IMG/VR virus record: IMGVR_UViG_3300028571_000020
Strand: one strand, 5' to 3'
DNA: 20,000 nucleotides
Origin: an uncultured virus (IMG/VR IMGVR_UViG_3300028571_000020)
Taxonomy: Duplodnaviria > Heunggongvirae > Uroviricota > Caudoviricetes
Shown here: positions 7,649-15,952 of the stretch, piece after piece
Layout of the letters: every line of letters starts with the position of its first letter
How positions within the stretch are numbered: position 1 is the stretch's first letter
Translations under genes and position numbers: made by a program
The notes under the pieces: model-generated
Told to the model about the DNA's origin: nothing
The model's database searches: none
The model's input: the letters and a program-made list of their open reading frames with translations, nothing else

Positions 7649-8593
7649 TCAGGGCAGATTGGAGTACCGCTCGGAGTTCTGGATGATACGAATCTGCAGG
7701 TCCCACGACGTGAGTTGACCACCCGGCGCGTTGGGATTCACAGAGAACACCTTGAACAGCTTACCACTGTTCACTTGACGGAAGATGTCTTCACTGGTCA
7801 CAGACCTCAACGTGGAGTCCAAGAACATGGCCTTGGTCTCCACGTCATCAAACCAACCAAACTCTGAGCTACGGTTGGTCTCAGCTGAGCGTGGGATGTC
7901 GCCACGAACACGGTCATCTGGGAGCGTCCGATACCGAATGCGGAGGTGGGAGAACTTCGGGCTTGGAGTGCTGATTGAATCCCTCTCAAGCAGTACTCGA
8001 ATGTGGATACCACCCTGCGTCTGGGCAAGCTGCAGCCTGTCGGTGACGGCCTGCACGCTCAGAGGTGTGAAGCTCGGTTCAGAGAACAGCTTGATACCAC
8101 ACCGAACACGAGAGCCACGATAGGCCAAAGCACTCAAGCTTGCCAACGAGCATTGGTTGAGCCCACCGCTGACCGGCATGGTGAATTCGGTCCACCCGGA
8201 CATAGCGCTGTGGAGAAGCCTGAATTGGAGTGGCCGAGCAACCTCGTCGTAGTCCACAACCACATTCATGGCAGCCGACTCGGTGGTCGCGTCGAAGACC
8301 TCTGTCCTGTGCCCGTACAGCTGATAGCCAGCAGTGTTGCCAGAGCCATAGCAAACCAAGCAGGAGGCACTTGGGGAGGTCTCGATACCACTCCAGCATG
8401 AGCAACGCCGACCAGTATAGGCCCGCTGGTAGAACTGGAAGAAGTCGGGCACCACGTTGAGCGCCTGCTTGTTACGCTCGATGATCCTAGGGATCAGGTC
8501 GCGTTCAGCGTGTTCCCTGTAGTAGTCGCCCCCAATCTGACTGCTGTCGAATCGGGACTGGTCGAATTGTGGAACGTAGGTTCTGGCTGCCAT
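7649..8593 (-). CDS. Putative virion neck/head-closure protein with Zn-finger insert
   Basis: GRRCSCW...PSASCLVCYGSGNTAGY matches the CxC...P..CxxCxGxG...GY pattern of large-myovirus head-closure proteins; beta-rich C-terminus. Confidence 0.6.
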   Translation of the reverse strand: MAARTYVPQFDQSRFDSSQIGGDYYREHAERDLIPRIIERNKQALNVVPDFFQFYQRAYTGRRCSCWSGIETSPSASCLVCYGSGNTAGYQLYGHRTEVFDATTESAAMNVVVDYDEVARPLQFRLLHSAMSGWTEFTMPVSGGLNQCSLASLSALAYRGSRVRCGIKLFSEPSFTPLSVQAVTDRLQLAQTQGGIHIRVLLERDSISTPSPKFSHLRIRYRTLPDDRVRGDIPRSAETNRSSEFGWFDDVETKAMFLDSTLRSVTSEDIFRQVNSGKLFKVFSVNPNAPGGQLTSWDLQIRIIQNSERYSNLP

Positions 8594-8628
8594 TCACAAG
8601 AGTGCCCTTCAGGAAGGCAGTCTCTGAC

Positions 8629-10041
8629 ATGCCTTCCAACTACGTCTCAGCAAACACCCAGAAGCGTCTTGACTTCTCTCTTCCGAAGATGAAGCAGAAT
8701 CAGGACAACCTTCTGTGGATTGTGTTCAATGCGCTGGGGTTGGAACAGATTCTGAACTACTCAATAGTGGGAAAGTGGAGGCTTGACGGTCATAAAGCAC
8801 TGCTCACTCGTGACGAGCTACTGAAGGAAATCGCGCCTAAGCTCGCTGAGAACAGCATTGTTGATGCGTACATCCCTTGGCTGGCCAACCAGATCAACAA
8901 GTCCAATGATGTAGTGAAGAGGGCAGGTGGCGGTTCATCATACCTCTACGACCAGATCGTCAAGGGCTTCCGCTCCATCTGTATTTGGGCCAAGGAAACC
9001 AAGACTGACTTGAACAAACTGAGCTTGGAAGAAGCTCTGGAGCAGTCGAAGGGTTACGTTCCGAATGCAGCCCGTAAAGGAAAGGAAGACTCGGATGCGA
9101 ATCCAGTGGTGTACCGCTTCGCGGACGGTCACAAGGTAGTTCAGCTGAAGACAGACGAGGCCCTCAAGCGGGAGGGTGACATCATGAAGCATTGTGTTGG
9201 GGAATACTGCCTCGCAGTACAGCAGGGCGAGTCAATCATCTATTCGCTCAGGACACCAGACAACAAACCGCTGGTCACGATGGAGTACGACCCCGTCAAG
9301 AAAGCCTTCGAGCAGATGTACGGGTTCGAGAATGAGGAACCAGAGCCAGAAACAGAACCACTTATTTTGGAGTTCCTGAAGAAGATGTACCCAAAAGAAG
9401 TCAAGTTCTTCTTGAAACTTGGTGGCTCCATTGAGGACTTGAACCTAGGCGACCTGAAGTCGGTCGGTGAAGCGTCATTGGCCGCGCTGGCTAGTAACAA
9501 GAAAACACCAGCAGCCATTCTGGAAGAGCTAATCACGGTCGCGTCTGGGTTGGTAGAGAACTACGACAAGATTGTCAGGTTCGAAGTAGCACGAAACCCG
9601 AGCACACCAGTCCATGTGATGGAACAACTTGCCAATGACAAAGGTACGAGCACAAAGTGGGGCATACATGCGTCATTAGCGAGCAATGTAAATGCCCCTG
9701 CAGCGTTGCTGGATAAGTTGTCTAGAGACATGAACTGGACTACGCGCCAGAACGTAGCTCAGAATCTCAACACAACAACGGCTACACTTGAAAGGTTGTC
9801 TAGAGACAGAGATGAGGAAGTCAGACTGGCTGTGGTCAGGCACCCCCAAACATCCATGTCCACATTGGATCAGATGCTTGGGGATGAGCATAAGCGTGTT
9901 GCGACTGAGGCAAAGAACATTCGGCTGAAGCGAAAGCTTGCGGAGTACAGCAAGGCCCGGATGTCTGCTTCGCACAAGCTCGACATTGCTAAATCACTAC
10001 GTGCTGCGGCAGATGCTCTTGAATCTGAGCATTCTCTCTAA
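8629..10041 (+). CDS. PcfJ-domain protein with leucine-rich-variant (LRV/HEAT-like) repeats and C-terminal LRAAA tag
   Basis: AGGAAGG upstream of ATG 8629. PcfJ signature LKREGDIMKHCVGEY...IYSLRTPDNKPLVTME. Repeats VARNPSTPVHVMEQLAND, LASNVNAPAALLDKLSRD, VAQNLNTTTATLERLSRD. Confidence 0.85.
   Translation: MPSNYVSANTQKRLDFSLPKMKQNQDNLLWIVFNALGLEQILNYSIVGKWRLDGHKALLTRDELLKEIAPKLAENSIVDAYIPWLANQINKSNDVVKRAGGGSSYLYDQIVKGFRSICIWAKETKTDLNKLSLEEALEQSKGYVPNAARKGKEDSDANPVVYRFADGHKVVQLKTDEALKREGDIMKHCVGEYCLAVQQGESIIYSLRTPDNKPLVTMEYDPVKKAFEQMYGFENEEPEPETEPLILEFLKKMYPKEVKFFLKLGGSIEDLNLGDLKSVGEASLAALASNKKTPAAILEELITVASGLVENYDKIVRFEVARNPSTPVHVMEQLANDKGTSTKWGIHASLASNVNAPAALLDKLSRDMNWTTRQNVAQNLNTTTATLERLSRDRDEEVRLAVVRHPQTSMSTLDQMLGDEHKRVATEAKNIRLKRKLAEYSKARMSASHKLDIAKSLRAAADALESEHSL
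8965..9278 (+). repeat. Dispersed direct repeat, copy 1 (PcfJ core; partner 19687-20000)
   Basis: Ungapped 314-nt alignment at offset 10722; about 59 mismatches by manual count (~81% identity), mostly at third codon positions. Confidence 0.9.
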
Positions 10042-10050
10042 GAGGTACAC

Positions 10051-11364
10051 ATGCCATTTCCCGTACTGAAGCCTGAGAATGGCAGCGTAGCCAACGCCGT
10101 TATCGCACCGAACCTTCCGCAGCATGCCAGAGGCATGAGTGTTGTGTTCGAGGTGGACTTCTTCGACGACGATCCCACCAACACGATTGCTGCCATTCCG
10201 GGCACCACTGCCTATCCAGCCTTCGCCATCGTCGACCCATCAGGTGTGCAAATCACCACCGGTGTAGGAACCCCCGGCGCGAGCCCCGGACGTTGGCAGA
10301 CGACGTGGTCTGTTCCGACAAGCGCTCCTTTGTCGACGCAGTCCAACAAGTGGCGTGTCGTATGGAACATGGTGACGGCAACCAGCCGTCAGCTGCAGCA
10401 TTCCAATCCCTTCGACATCGTTGAGCTTCGAACCCCTGACACGTTGGAGGACCTTCGTTCTCACGCGTACATGACCTATGCAGGTCAGTCAGAGCGTCTG
10501 GTCATCAGACTCCCAGCACCAGTGAATTCAATCACTCTCAGTGCCTTCAAGTCTGTGTCACTGACGTCGCCAGTGCCCAGCACAACCGCTGCCTTCACTG
10601 GTATCTTCACAGGGTTGACGCCAACCATCACCGAGATTCAAGAGCAGAATCTCTACGTCTACATCTTCGATACACCAGCGCTCACTGAGTTCGGTGAGTA
10701 CCAGATTGTCTGGAACTACAGGCTGACCCCGACATCTCCTTCCGAGATTTCGATTCAGCGGTTGTTCGTTCCACCGCCCGTCGTGTGGTCTTTGATTCCA
10801 AGTCTCCGGGTTCTGATCGACAAGCTCCAGAAGAAGAGCGGGTCAGTTCATGCCTACACAGACAGCGACATCTACGAGTATTTCAATCGAGGTTTGGGAT
10901 ACCTGAACTCGACGACTCCCATCACGAACTGGGACTTGACGACGTTCCCATACAACCCCGCCACCACAAAATCGCTTGTGCTGGGTGCTGCCCTGTGGGC
11001 GCTCCAAGCCCAGCACCTGCTTGCTGGTGAGCTTCAGTTCTCCTTCTCTGGCCAGTCGGTCACATTGGACATCGACCAGACAGGTGTCTACTCCGAAGTG
11101 GTTCAGCGCATCACAGACGACTTGTTCTCTGGTGGTCCGGGTTCATGGGTCAAGACCAAGATCAACTACATCCGTGCTGTCACACCGATTGCACATGTGG
11201 CAAACCGTATCATGGGCAAGTACGCCACCAACCGCTTCACCTTCAAGGTGCAGACCGGCTCCATCGGTTCGGACTCTCGTCCATTCCTCAATGGTCTACC
11301 CGGACAGGGAGTTAATAGTGGTTTCTCATTGGTCGATGCGCAAATCTTTTTGGGATTAGTGTAG
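10051..11364 (+). CDS. Putative virion structural protein: two Ig-like beta domains + head-tail adaptor-like helical domain
   Basis: GAGG Shine-Dalgarno; T/P/S-rich beta N-terminal half; C-terminal LRVLIDK...YTDSDIYEYFNRGLGYLN..TP.T...QFSFSGQSVTLDID resembles large-phage adaptor proteins. Confidence 0.6.
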   Translation: MPFPVLKPENGSVANAVIAPNLPQHARGMSVVFEVDFFDDDPTNTIAAIPGTTAYPAFAIVDPSGVQITTGVGTPGASPGRWQTTWSVPTSAPLSTQSNKWRVVWNMVTATSRQLQHSNPFDIVELRTPDTLEDLRSHAYMTYAGQSERLVIRLPAPVNSITLSAFKSVSLTSPVPSTTAAFTGIFTGLTPTITEIQEQNLYVYIFDTPALTEFGEYQIVWNYRLTPTSPSEISIQRLFVPPPVVWSLIPSLRVLIDKLQKKSGSVHAYTDSDIYEYFNRGLGYLNSTTPITNWDLTTFPYNPATTKSLVLGAALWALQAQHLLAGELQFSFSGQSVTLDIDQTGVYSEVVQRITDDLFSGGPGSWVKTKINYIRAVTPIAHVANRIMGKYATNRFTFKVQTGSIGSDSRPFLNGLPGQGVNSGFSLVDAQIFLGLV

Positions 11365-11389
11365 GTTTTTACTCCACCGGAGTCTCAAT

Positions 11390-11740
11390 ATGTTATACGA
11401 TAAAACCAATCTATTCATCGAGAAATATAAAGCTATGTATGGCGACAGAGTAGATGGCTTCGATCCAAACACCAATACGGCGTTGTGATCCGTGGCCGTT
11501 CAGTTGTCCGTCGCCTTGCGCACATCGGTCAACACGCTCGCCACAGTGTATGCCTTTCTTGGTAGTTACTGGCATGCAGACCCAAGAAAGATGCCAAGCA
11601 GTGACGTGCATCCTTCGATCAAGTTGCTGAATGGCCTGATACACAGTAGAACAATGCAGCAACTGATTGACATTGCTGCAATGGGCTACAATGTAGCCTA
11701 CATCTGGGAAGAAGATTTCAAACCAATTAAAGGGGTGTAA
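11390..11740 (+). pseudogene. Decayed free-standing homing endonuclease (DUF723-type N-terminus + Vsr/DUF559-like nuclease)
   Basis: ATG 11390 with GGAG. One frame reads MLYDKTNLFIEKYKAMYGDR-VDGFDPNTNT-[AL*SVAVQLSVALRTSVNTLAT]-VYAFLGSYWHADP...GYNVAYIWEEDF, with in-frame TGA at 11486-11488. AT-rich. Confidence 0.75.
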
Positions 11741-11743
11741 CAT

Positions 11744-12067
11744 ATGTTACTTCGCGACTTGGACTCGTCACTCGTATTCGTTGATGACACAGGTAGCCTG
11801 AAGAACCTGCCAACGACTGTAGGTGCCAATGCTGTCTTCTTCCAGTGCCCATGTGGTGACCACCACAACCTGATTGCATTCGAACCGACAGTGGAGGCGG
11901 CATTGTCGCCAGCTGGGTTGTCATCGAATGGCGGAAGGTGGAAACTCGTCAGTGGTACGACGATGGACGACCTGACACTGTCACCGTCTATCGCCGTACG
12001 CAGTCGTCCGGGTCAGACAACAGGCGACTGCTGGCATGGATTCATCACAGACGGGAAAGTCACATGA
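11744..12067 (+). CDS. DUF6527-like Zn-binding protein
   Basis: FQCPCG...W...LTLSPSI...CWHGFITDGKV motif order; AGGGG Shine-Dalgarno. Confidence 0.7.
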   Translation: MLLRDLDSSLVFVDDTGSLKNLPTTVGANAVFFQCPCGDHHNLIAFEPTVEAALSPAGLSSNGGRWKLVSGTTMDDLTLSPSIAVRSRPGQTTGDCWHGFITDGKVT

Positions 12068-12285
12068 CTCAGGCAACTCTTCTGGAGAGATACAAAAGCA
12101 AGCTGACATCTCTGAGGGCAATCAGAGAAATGGACGAGTGGAATCCACAGAAAGACCGCATCATCCTCGAAGAGATCGATGCGGTCTTTGAAGCCATGAC
12201 GGATGAAGAGCAGGGTCAGGCTCGCGCCGTCACTTCGCTTGGTTGGCCATTCTGGTCTGCTCGCACTGAGTTAGGCGACTCGTAG
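12064..12285 (+). CDS. Small hypothetical helical protein
   Basis: ATGA start/stop overlap with the previous gene (MTQATLLERYKS...). Confidence 0.7.
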   Translation: MTQATLLERYKSKLTSLRAIREMDEWNPQKDRIILEEIDAVFEAMTDEEQGQARAVTSLGWPFWSARTELGDS

Positions 12286-12690
12286 CTTCGTCCTGATGTC
12301 CATCAGGATTTTGCCAAGGTTGTTCTCGCCAACACCCTTCACCCGACCCCAGTACTTGTCGCCCCACCAGTTGTCCTCCACCAGTTCAAGATCACCAGTG
12401 GACAACAGAAGGTCGGCAAGCGTCTCGTCTTGGTACTTCGTCCAGCTGACATCTCGCATGACACTGAGCTTGACGTTGTCCCAATCCTTGCGCATCTGGA
12501 CCTTCTGGCCAGCCTTCCGTGCAAGAGCGGGAGACGACAGGCAACAGATGTCTCGCCGAGCATCCACGTCGTCTGTCTTGGCAGCCTGATACGCGTGCTC
12601 AGTTGTAGGGTAGACGATTCCATCCATATCAATTGGAATGTAATGGAAGTTGCTGAATGGCCGATAGAAGCCGAAGAAACCGTTAATCAC
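12271..12690 (-). CDS. NADAR family protein (YbiA / T4 gp30.3-like)
   Basis: FSNF, YPTTEHAYQAAK, LLLSTGDLELVEDNWWGDKYWG, GENNLGKILMDIR. Confidence 0.93.
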   Translation of the reverse strand: MINGFFGFYRPFSNFHYIPIDMDGIVYPTTEHAYQAAKTDDVDARRDICCLSSPALARKAGQKVQMRKDWDNVKLSVMRDVSWTKYQDETLADLLLSTGDLELVEDNWWGDKYWGRVKGVGENNLGKILMDIRTKLRVA

Positions 12691-12901
12691 GCTTGTTCCT
12701 CATGTACTTTGCTGACAATCGTAGCAGCTGATCGAGACGTGCCTTCTGCTGCTCACGCAGCAGGTGGTACTTCCAATTGTACTCCTCAAGAGCGACCGTG
12801 TCGCCGATGTCCAGACCACGCCTCATATCGTCCTGTGCATCAAACCCTCGTTGGATGGCTTGGTGCAGCCTCGTGATGTGTTCAAGCAGTTTGTCACTCA
12901 T
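12683..12901 (-). CDS. Small hypothetical protein
   Basis: 72-aa ORF tightly packed between the methyltransferase and NADAR, GAGG upstream. Confidence 0.75.
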   Translation of the reverse strand: MSDKLLEHITRLHQAIQRGFDAQDDMRRGLDIGDTVALEEYNWKYHLLREQQKARLDQLLRLSAKYMRNKRD

Positions 12902-12910
12902 ACCCGCACC

Positions 12911-13654
12911 TCAGTCTAGCCAAGAGCAGTAGTACCACTCGCGCCGTTCCACAACACCACCCGTTCGGATCTTCGGTACCTTCTTGATCTTCGCCAGTGT
13001 CCACTTGAACTCTGGGAACTTCTCAGGAGCATCGTCGCCGTACGTGAAGAGCACAGGGTTGCCAGCGTCACGAGCCTTCGTCACGAACTCGGACAACTCC
13101 TGAACCGTGAACCCTTTGGTCCGGTCCTTCTTGGCCGTCTTGTCGATGTAGTTACCCTTGGTGCCGAGATACGGTGGGTCAATGAAGAATAGACCCTTCT
13201 CATTCACTGTATCACGGAAGTCGCTTCGAATCAGCTTAGCTACATTATTCTGTATGTAGCTCAGGCTTTCTTTCACTCGTGTAAGGTCAAGCTTGTGTTG
13301 AGGGTATGCGATATACGATGAAAGCTGTCCGGTATAGACGCCACTGATGCTGAGGCGCATCAACGTCTCAGCTGGTTTGATAAGCCCAATGGTTCGGATG
13401 TCGATCTTCTCAGTCGGCTTCGCAGCCTCCAGATCGGTCAGCTGCTGGACTGAGCAGCCACAAGGACTGACCATCCAATTCCAAAGCTCCCTGACGTCCT
13501 CATTCCCCTCGGCAAGAATAACTTGTTGGGGTCTGTAGCCCAGCGAATACGCCATCGAACCAGCGAACGGCTCGATGATTGTTTCAGTGCCTGCCGGTGG
13601 TGCAGGAAGGTGCTTGAGCATGGACCGCTTGTTGCCGCTGTACTTCCAAGGCAT
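12911..13654 (-). CDS. DNA N6-adenine methyltransferase, D12 (Dam-like) class; specificity unknown
   Basis: Motif X WKYSGNK, motif I IEPFAGS, catalytic motif IV FIDPPY. Confidence 0.9.
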   Translation of the reverse strand: MPWKYSGNKRSMLKHLPAPPAGTETIIEPFAGSMAYSLGYRPQQVILAEGNEDVRELWNWMVSPCGCSVQQLTDLEAAKPTEKIDIRTIGLIKPAETLMRLSISGVYTGQLSSYIAYPQHKLDLTRVKESLSYIQNNVAKLIRSDFRDTVNEKGLFFIDPPYLGTKGNYIDKTAKKDRTKGFTVQELSEFVTKARDAGNPVLFTYGDDAPEKFPEFKWTLAKIKKVPKIRTGGVVERREWYYCSWLD

Positions 13655-14449
13655 TCAGTATCCCTGCTTCTGAGCTAGGCTACGCAGGACGTCCATGCGC
13701 TCGTCTGTAATCTCTCGGACACGGGACCGTTCGTCAACCGGGTCGCCCTTGGGCTGACACACACCGACCCAGTGTCGTTTGTATCGGTTGGCTACCAAGT
13801 AGGCATCGATAGGGAACTCCTTCGCACACTCGCGTGAGCACCATGCAACCTCAGACCGGTCAAGGATGGCCATCACCATCTCAGTGTCGTCAGGTTCAAT
13901 GATGCATTCACAGCACACACAGACCCTTGTGGCATCGTCCCCAACTGTATTGGATACTGGCGATGTGTGAGTGAACAACACAGGAGCACCGAGTCTCTTG
14001 TTGGCGAACTTGCCATGTGCTTCACCAGTGACATCCACGTCAGCAAACAGTGGTGTGAGTGTGGAGATCACTTGGCTACCATGTTCCACGAAACCTTCCA
14101 CGCGTTGACGTGAGAAGTTATACAGATGCGCAAGGTCATGAAACGACAACTTCCCATCTGCTGCTGCTCGGAGAGTGCCACGCTTCTCTCGCTGAGTAGC
14201 AGAGGTAGCTTGAAGCCTCTCCTCGGAGTTCACAGCCTTGACACTGCTATAAGCTCCAACGCAGTTGTAGCTGCGTGGGTTCAGTGTCCAGAGAACGCAA
14301 CCTCTTAGGTTGCATGGTCCCATCAAATCTGCTTGTATAACGGGGCAGTGGAAACGTGGTGCCTCATTCTCAATCACGTTCAACCAGCTTGATTGACCGC
14401 TTTGCTCATCTTTATCTGGACTTTCTTTCTTATTCTTTGTCTGAGGCAT
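13655..14449 (-). CDS. Cys-rich protein with sigma70 region-4-like HTH and TRASH-type Zn finger; putative regulator
   Basis: ATG 14449 with AGGAG (14456-14460). N-terminal CP..C..C..C cluster, LSFHDLAHLYNFSRQRVE helix-turn-helix, CVCCEC...WCSREC. Confidence 0.65.
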   Translation of the reverse strand: MPQTKNKKESPDKDEQSGQSSWLNVIENEAPRFHCPVIQADLMGPCNLRGCVLWTLNPRSYNCVGAYSSVKAVNSEERLQATSATQREKRGTLRAAADGKLSFHDLAHLYNFSRQRVEGFVEHGSQVISTLTPLFADVDVTGEAHGKFANKRLGAPVLFTHTSPVSNTVGDDATRVCVCCECIIEPDDTEMVMAILDRSEVAWCSRECAKEFPIDAYLVANRYKRHWVGVCQPKGDPVDERSRVREITDERMDVLRSLAQKQGY

Positions 14450-14451
14450 CA

Positions 14452-14955
14452 ATGACTCCTGTTCATGAGGTACACAGAATAGCTGGTTTCGACATGGGGC
14501 GCCAGTACATAGCGTGGTCGACACTGATACCAACCAACATGGGTGGCTGGGAAGTGGAGAGACACGGCATTCTATATCCACCTCTGATGGGCAACACCGA
14601 GTACTTTGGTAGTAGCCTAGACCTCTTCAAGAACTTCTTTCAGCACTTCTTGACGCATGACTTAGACGTCGCTGCGTACGCTTCTGAGCGCTTCATAAAG
14701 ATGATGGGGTCTGCTGGTTCGGCAGCAGAGGACGTCAATCTCCTGCTCGGCCAGATGACAGGACCGAATCAGCACATGGTTCGGAACGTCGACTGGAAAA
14801 GATGGTTCAAGGCGAAGGTACACCCTGACGGAGCCCCGGCGTTTTTCGCTACTCCGACGGAGCATGAAGCAGATGCTGCAGGCATTGGCTTGTACCTTGG
14901 AGCGGTATTGTTACCCCGCCGAAAGAAAACTCACGCATTGCAGCAGGGTCGCTAG
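14452..14955 (+). CDS. RuvC-like Holliday junction resolvase (RNase H fold)
   Basis: IAGFDMG (catalytic D), YASERF (E), WK, HEADAAGIG (D); GAGG at 14443-14446. Confidence 0.75.
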   Translation: MTPVHEVHRIAGFDMGRQYIAWSTLIPTNMGGWEVERHGILYPPLMGNTEYFGSSLDLFKNFFQHFLTHDLDVAAYASERFIKMMGSAGSAAEDVNLLLGQMTGPNQHMVRNVDWKRWFKAKVHPDGAPAFFATPTEHEADAAGIGLYLGAVLLPRRKKTHALQQGR

Positions 14956-15025
14956 ACATACCTGACTAAGCCCTCGCTGGGTGAACTCACAACAGGGCTC
15001 TTGGAGCCAATCAGGACAAAGACAC

Positions 15026-15952
15026 ATGGACAACTTCCTCAAGCGCGTGAACTCGAAGTTGGAGGCCAGAGGGCACTCAGGTCGTCAAGACTTGGAGATG
15101 CATGACGCCAAGGCAATGGATAAGGACGCCGTCCGCGTTCTGGCGACCTACTCCAATGTCTACGGTCCTCCAAGTGTCTTCGACATCCAGAACTGGCTCA
15201 AGCAGCGTCTCGGTGAGTTCGCTGACAAGATCTCTGCCAAGGCCGAGACCATCAGCGTCTACCCTGAAAAGAACTTCGTCACCTTCATCGTCGAGTCCAA
15301 GAAGATTCGTCAGCCCCTGACAGCTACGACTGGCATGATCAAGGCCGGTGTGGACCAGTACCTCGATGGCGAGCAGAACCTCTGGGAAGTCGTCAAGGCT
15401 GATCAGGGTCCTAGCTATATCGTCAAGCACGAAGGAACCCCTGTTGAGCGTATGCTCGACATGCGCCGTCAGGCTCTTCGTGGTGGTGCTTCTGGTCGCA
15501 AGCATGTCACTTTGGCCGCTGCTGACTCCTCACCTTCAATGGCTGGTGGCTTCGCCACCGCTGACGTCGGCGACACCGTCGACTTCTACGCCGCTGGTAT
15601 GATTCACCGTGGCAAGGTCAGCAGCGCTGGTAGCGCTGGTGTGAAGATCTCGACTGGCAGCGACACGTTCACGGTCGACCCACAGGCCATCACGTACATC
15701 GTTGAAAAAGGCCCCGGCGCCGCGAAGGAGCAGGATGAGCGCGTCGCTTCCTACTACTCGCGCCTGTACCCCGGCAACCCCGAGATGGTCAACATCATCG
15801 CTCCTACCTCTGGCTTCAAGAAGGATTCCAACCTGAAGGTTGATCCTATTGAGAAGGCATCTGGCTTCTCGGCCAGCGTCAGCGCTTCAATGAAGCCTGC
15901 AAAGGAGGCTGCTCCGCGCCCTACGGTGCGGGCCACCCCACGCAAGGGTTGA
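15026..15952 (+). CDS. Probable virion (head-associated) protein of jumbo phages
   Basis: AGGA upstream of ATG 15026; very strong codon bias. YLDGEQNLWEVVKADQGPSYIVKH resembles a motif I recall from RSL1/PaBG/Lu11-type virion proteins (unverified). Confidence 0.5.
   Translation: MDNFLKRVNSKLEARGHSGRQDLEMHDAKAMDKDAVRVLATYSNVYGPPSVFDIQNWLKQRLGEFADKISAKAETISVYPEKNFVTFIVESKKIRQPLTATTGMIKAGVDQYLDGEQNLWEVVKADQGPSYIVKHEGTPVERMLDMRRQALRGGASGRKHVTLAAADSSPSMAGGFATADVGDTVDFYAAGMIHRGKVSSAGSAGVKISTGSDTFTVDPQAITYIVEKGPGAAKEQDERVASYYSRLYPGNPEMVNIIAPTSGFKKDSNLKVDPIEKASGFSASVSASMKPAKEAAPRPTVRATPRKG

Noticed and set aside
8569..8628. Longest-ORF starts at 8569 (also 4738, 14356, 14581, 14981, 11938, 6484)
   Set aside because: Most overlap neighbouring genes; downstream ATGs have Shine-Dalgarno sites or start/stop coupling.
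11486..11488. TGA recoding (alternative genetic code or selenocysteine)
   Set aside because: TGA is the ordinary stop of many genes here, some directly before terminators or in ATGA overlaps. This TGA lies in an apparent insertion and not at a Cys-equivalent site.
14452..14955. RuvC fold as TnpB/Cas12 or transposase
   Set aside because: Only 167 aa, with no Zn ribbon, REC/WED region or element ends; fits a stand-alone resolvase.
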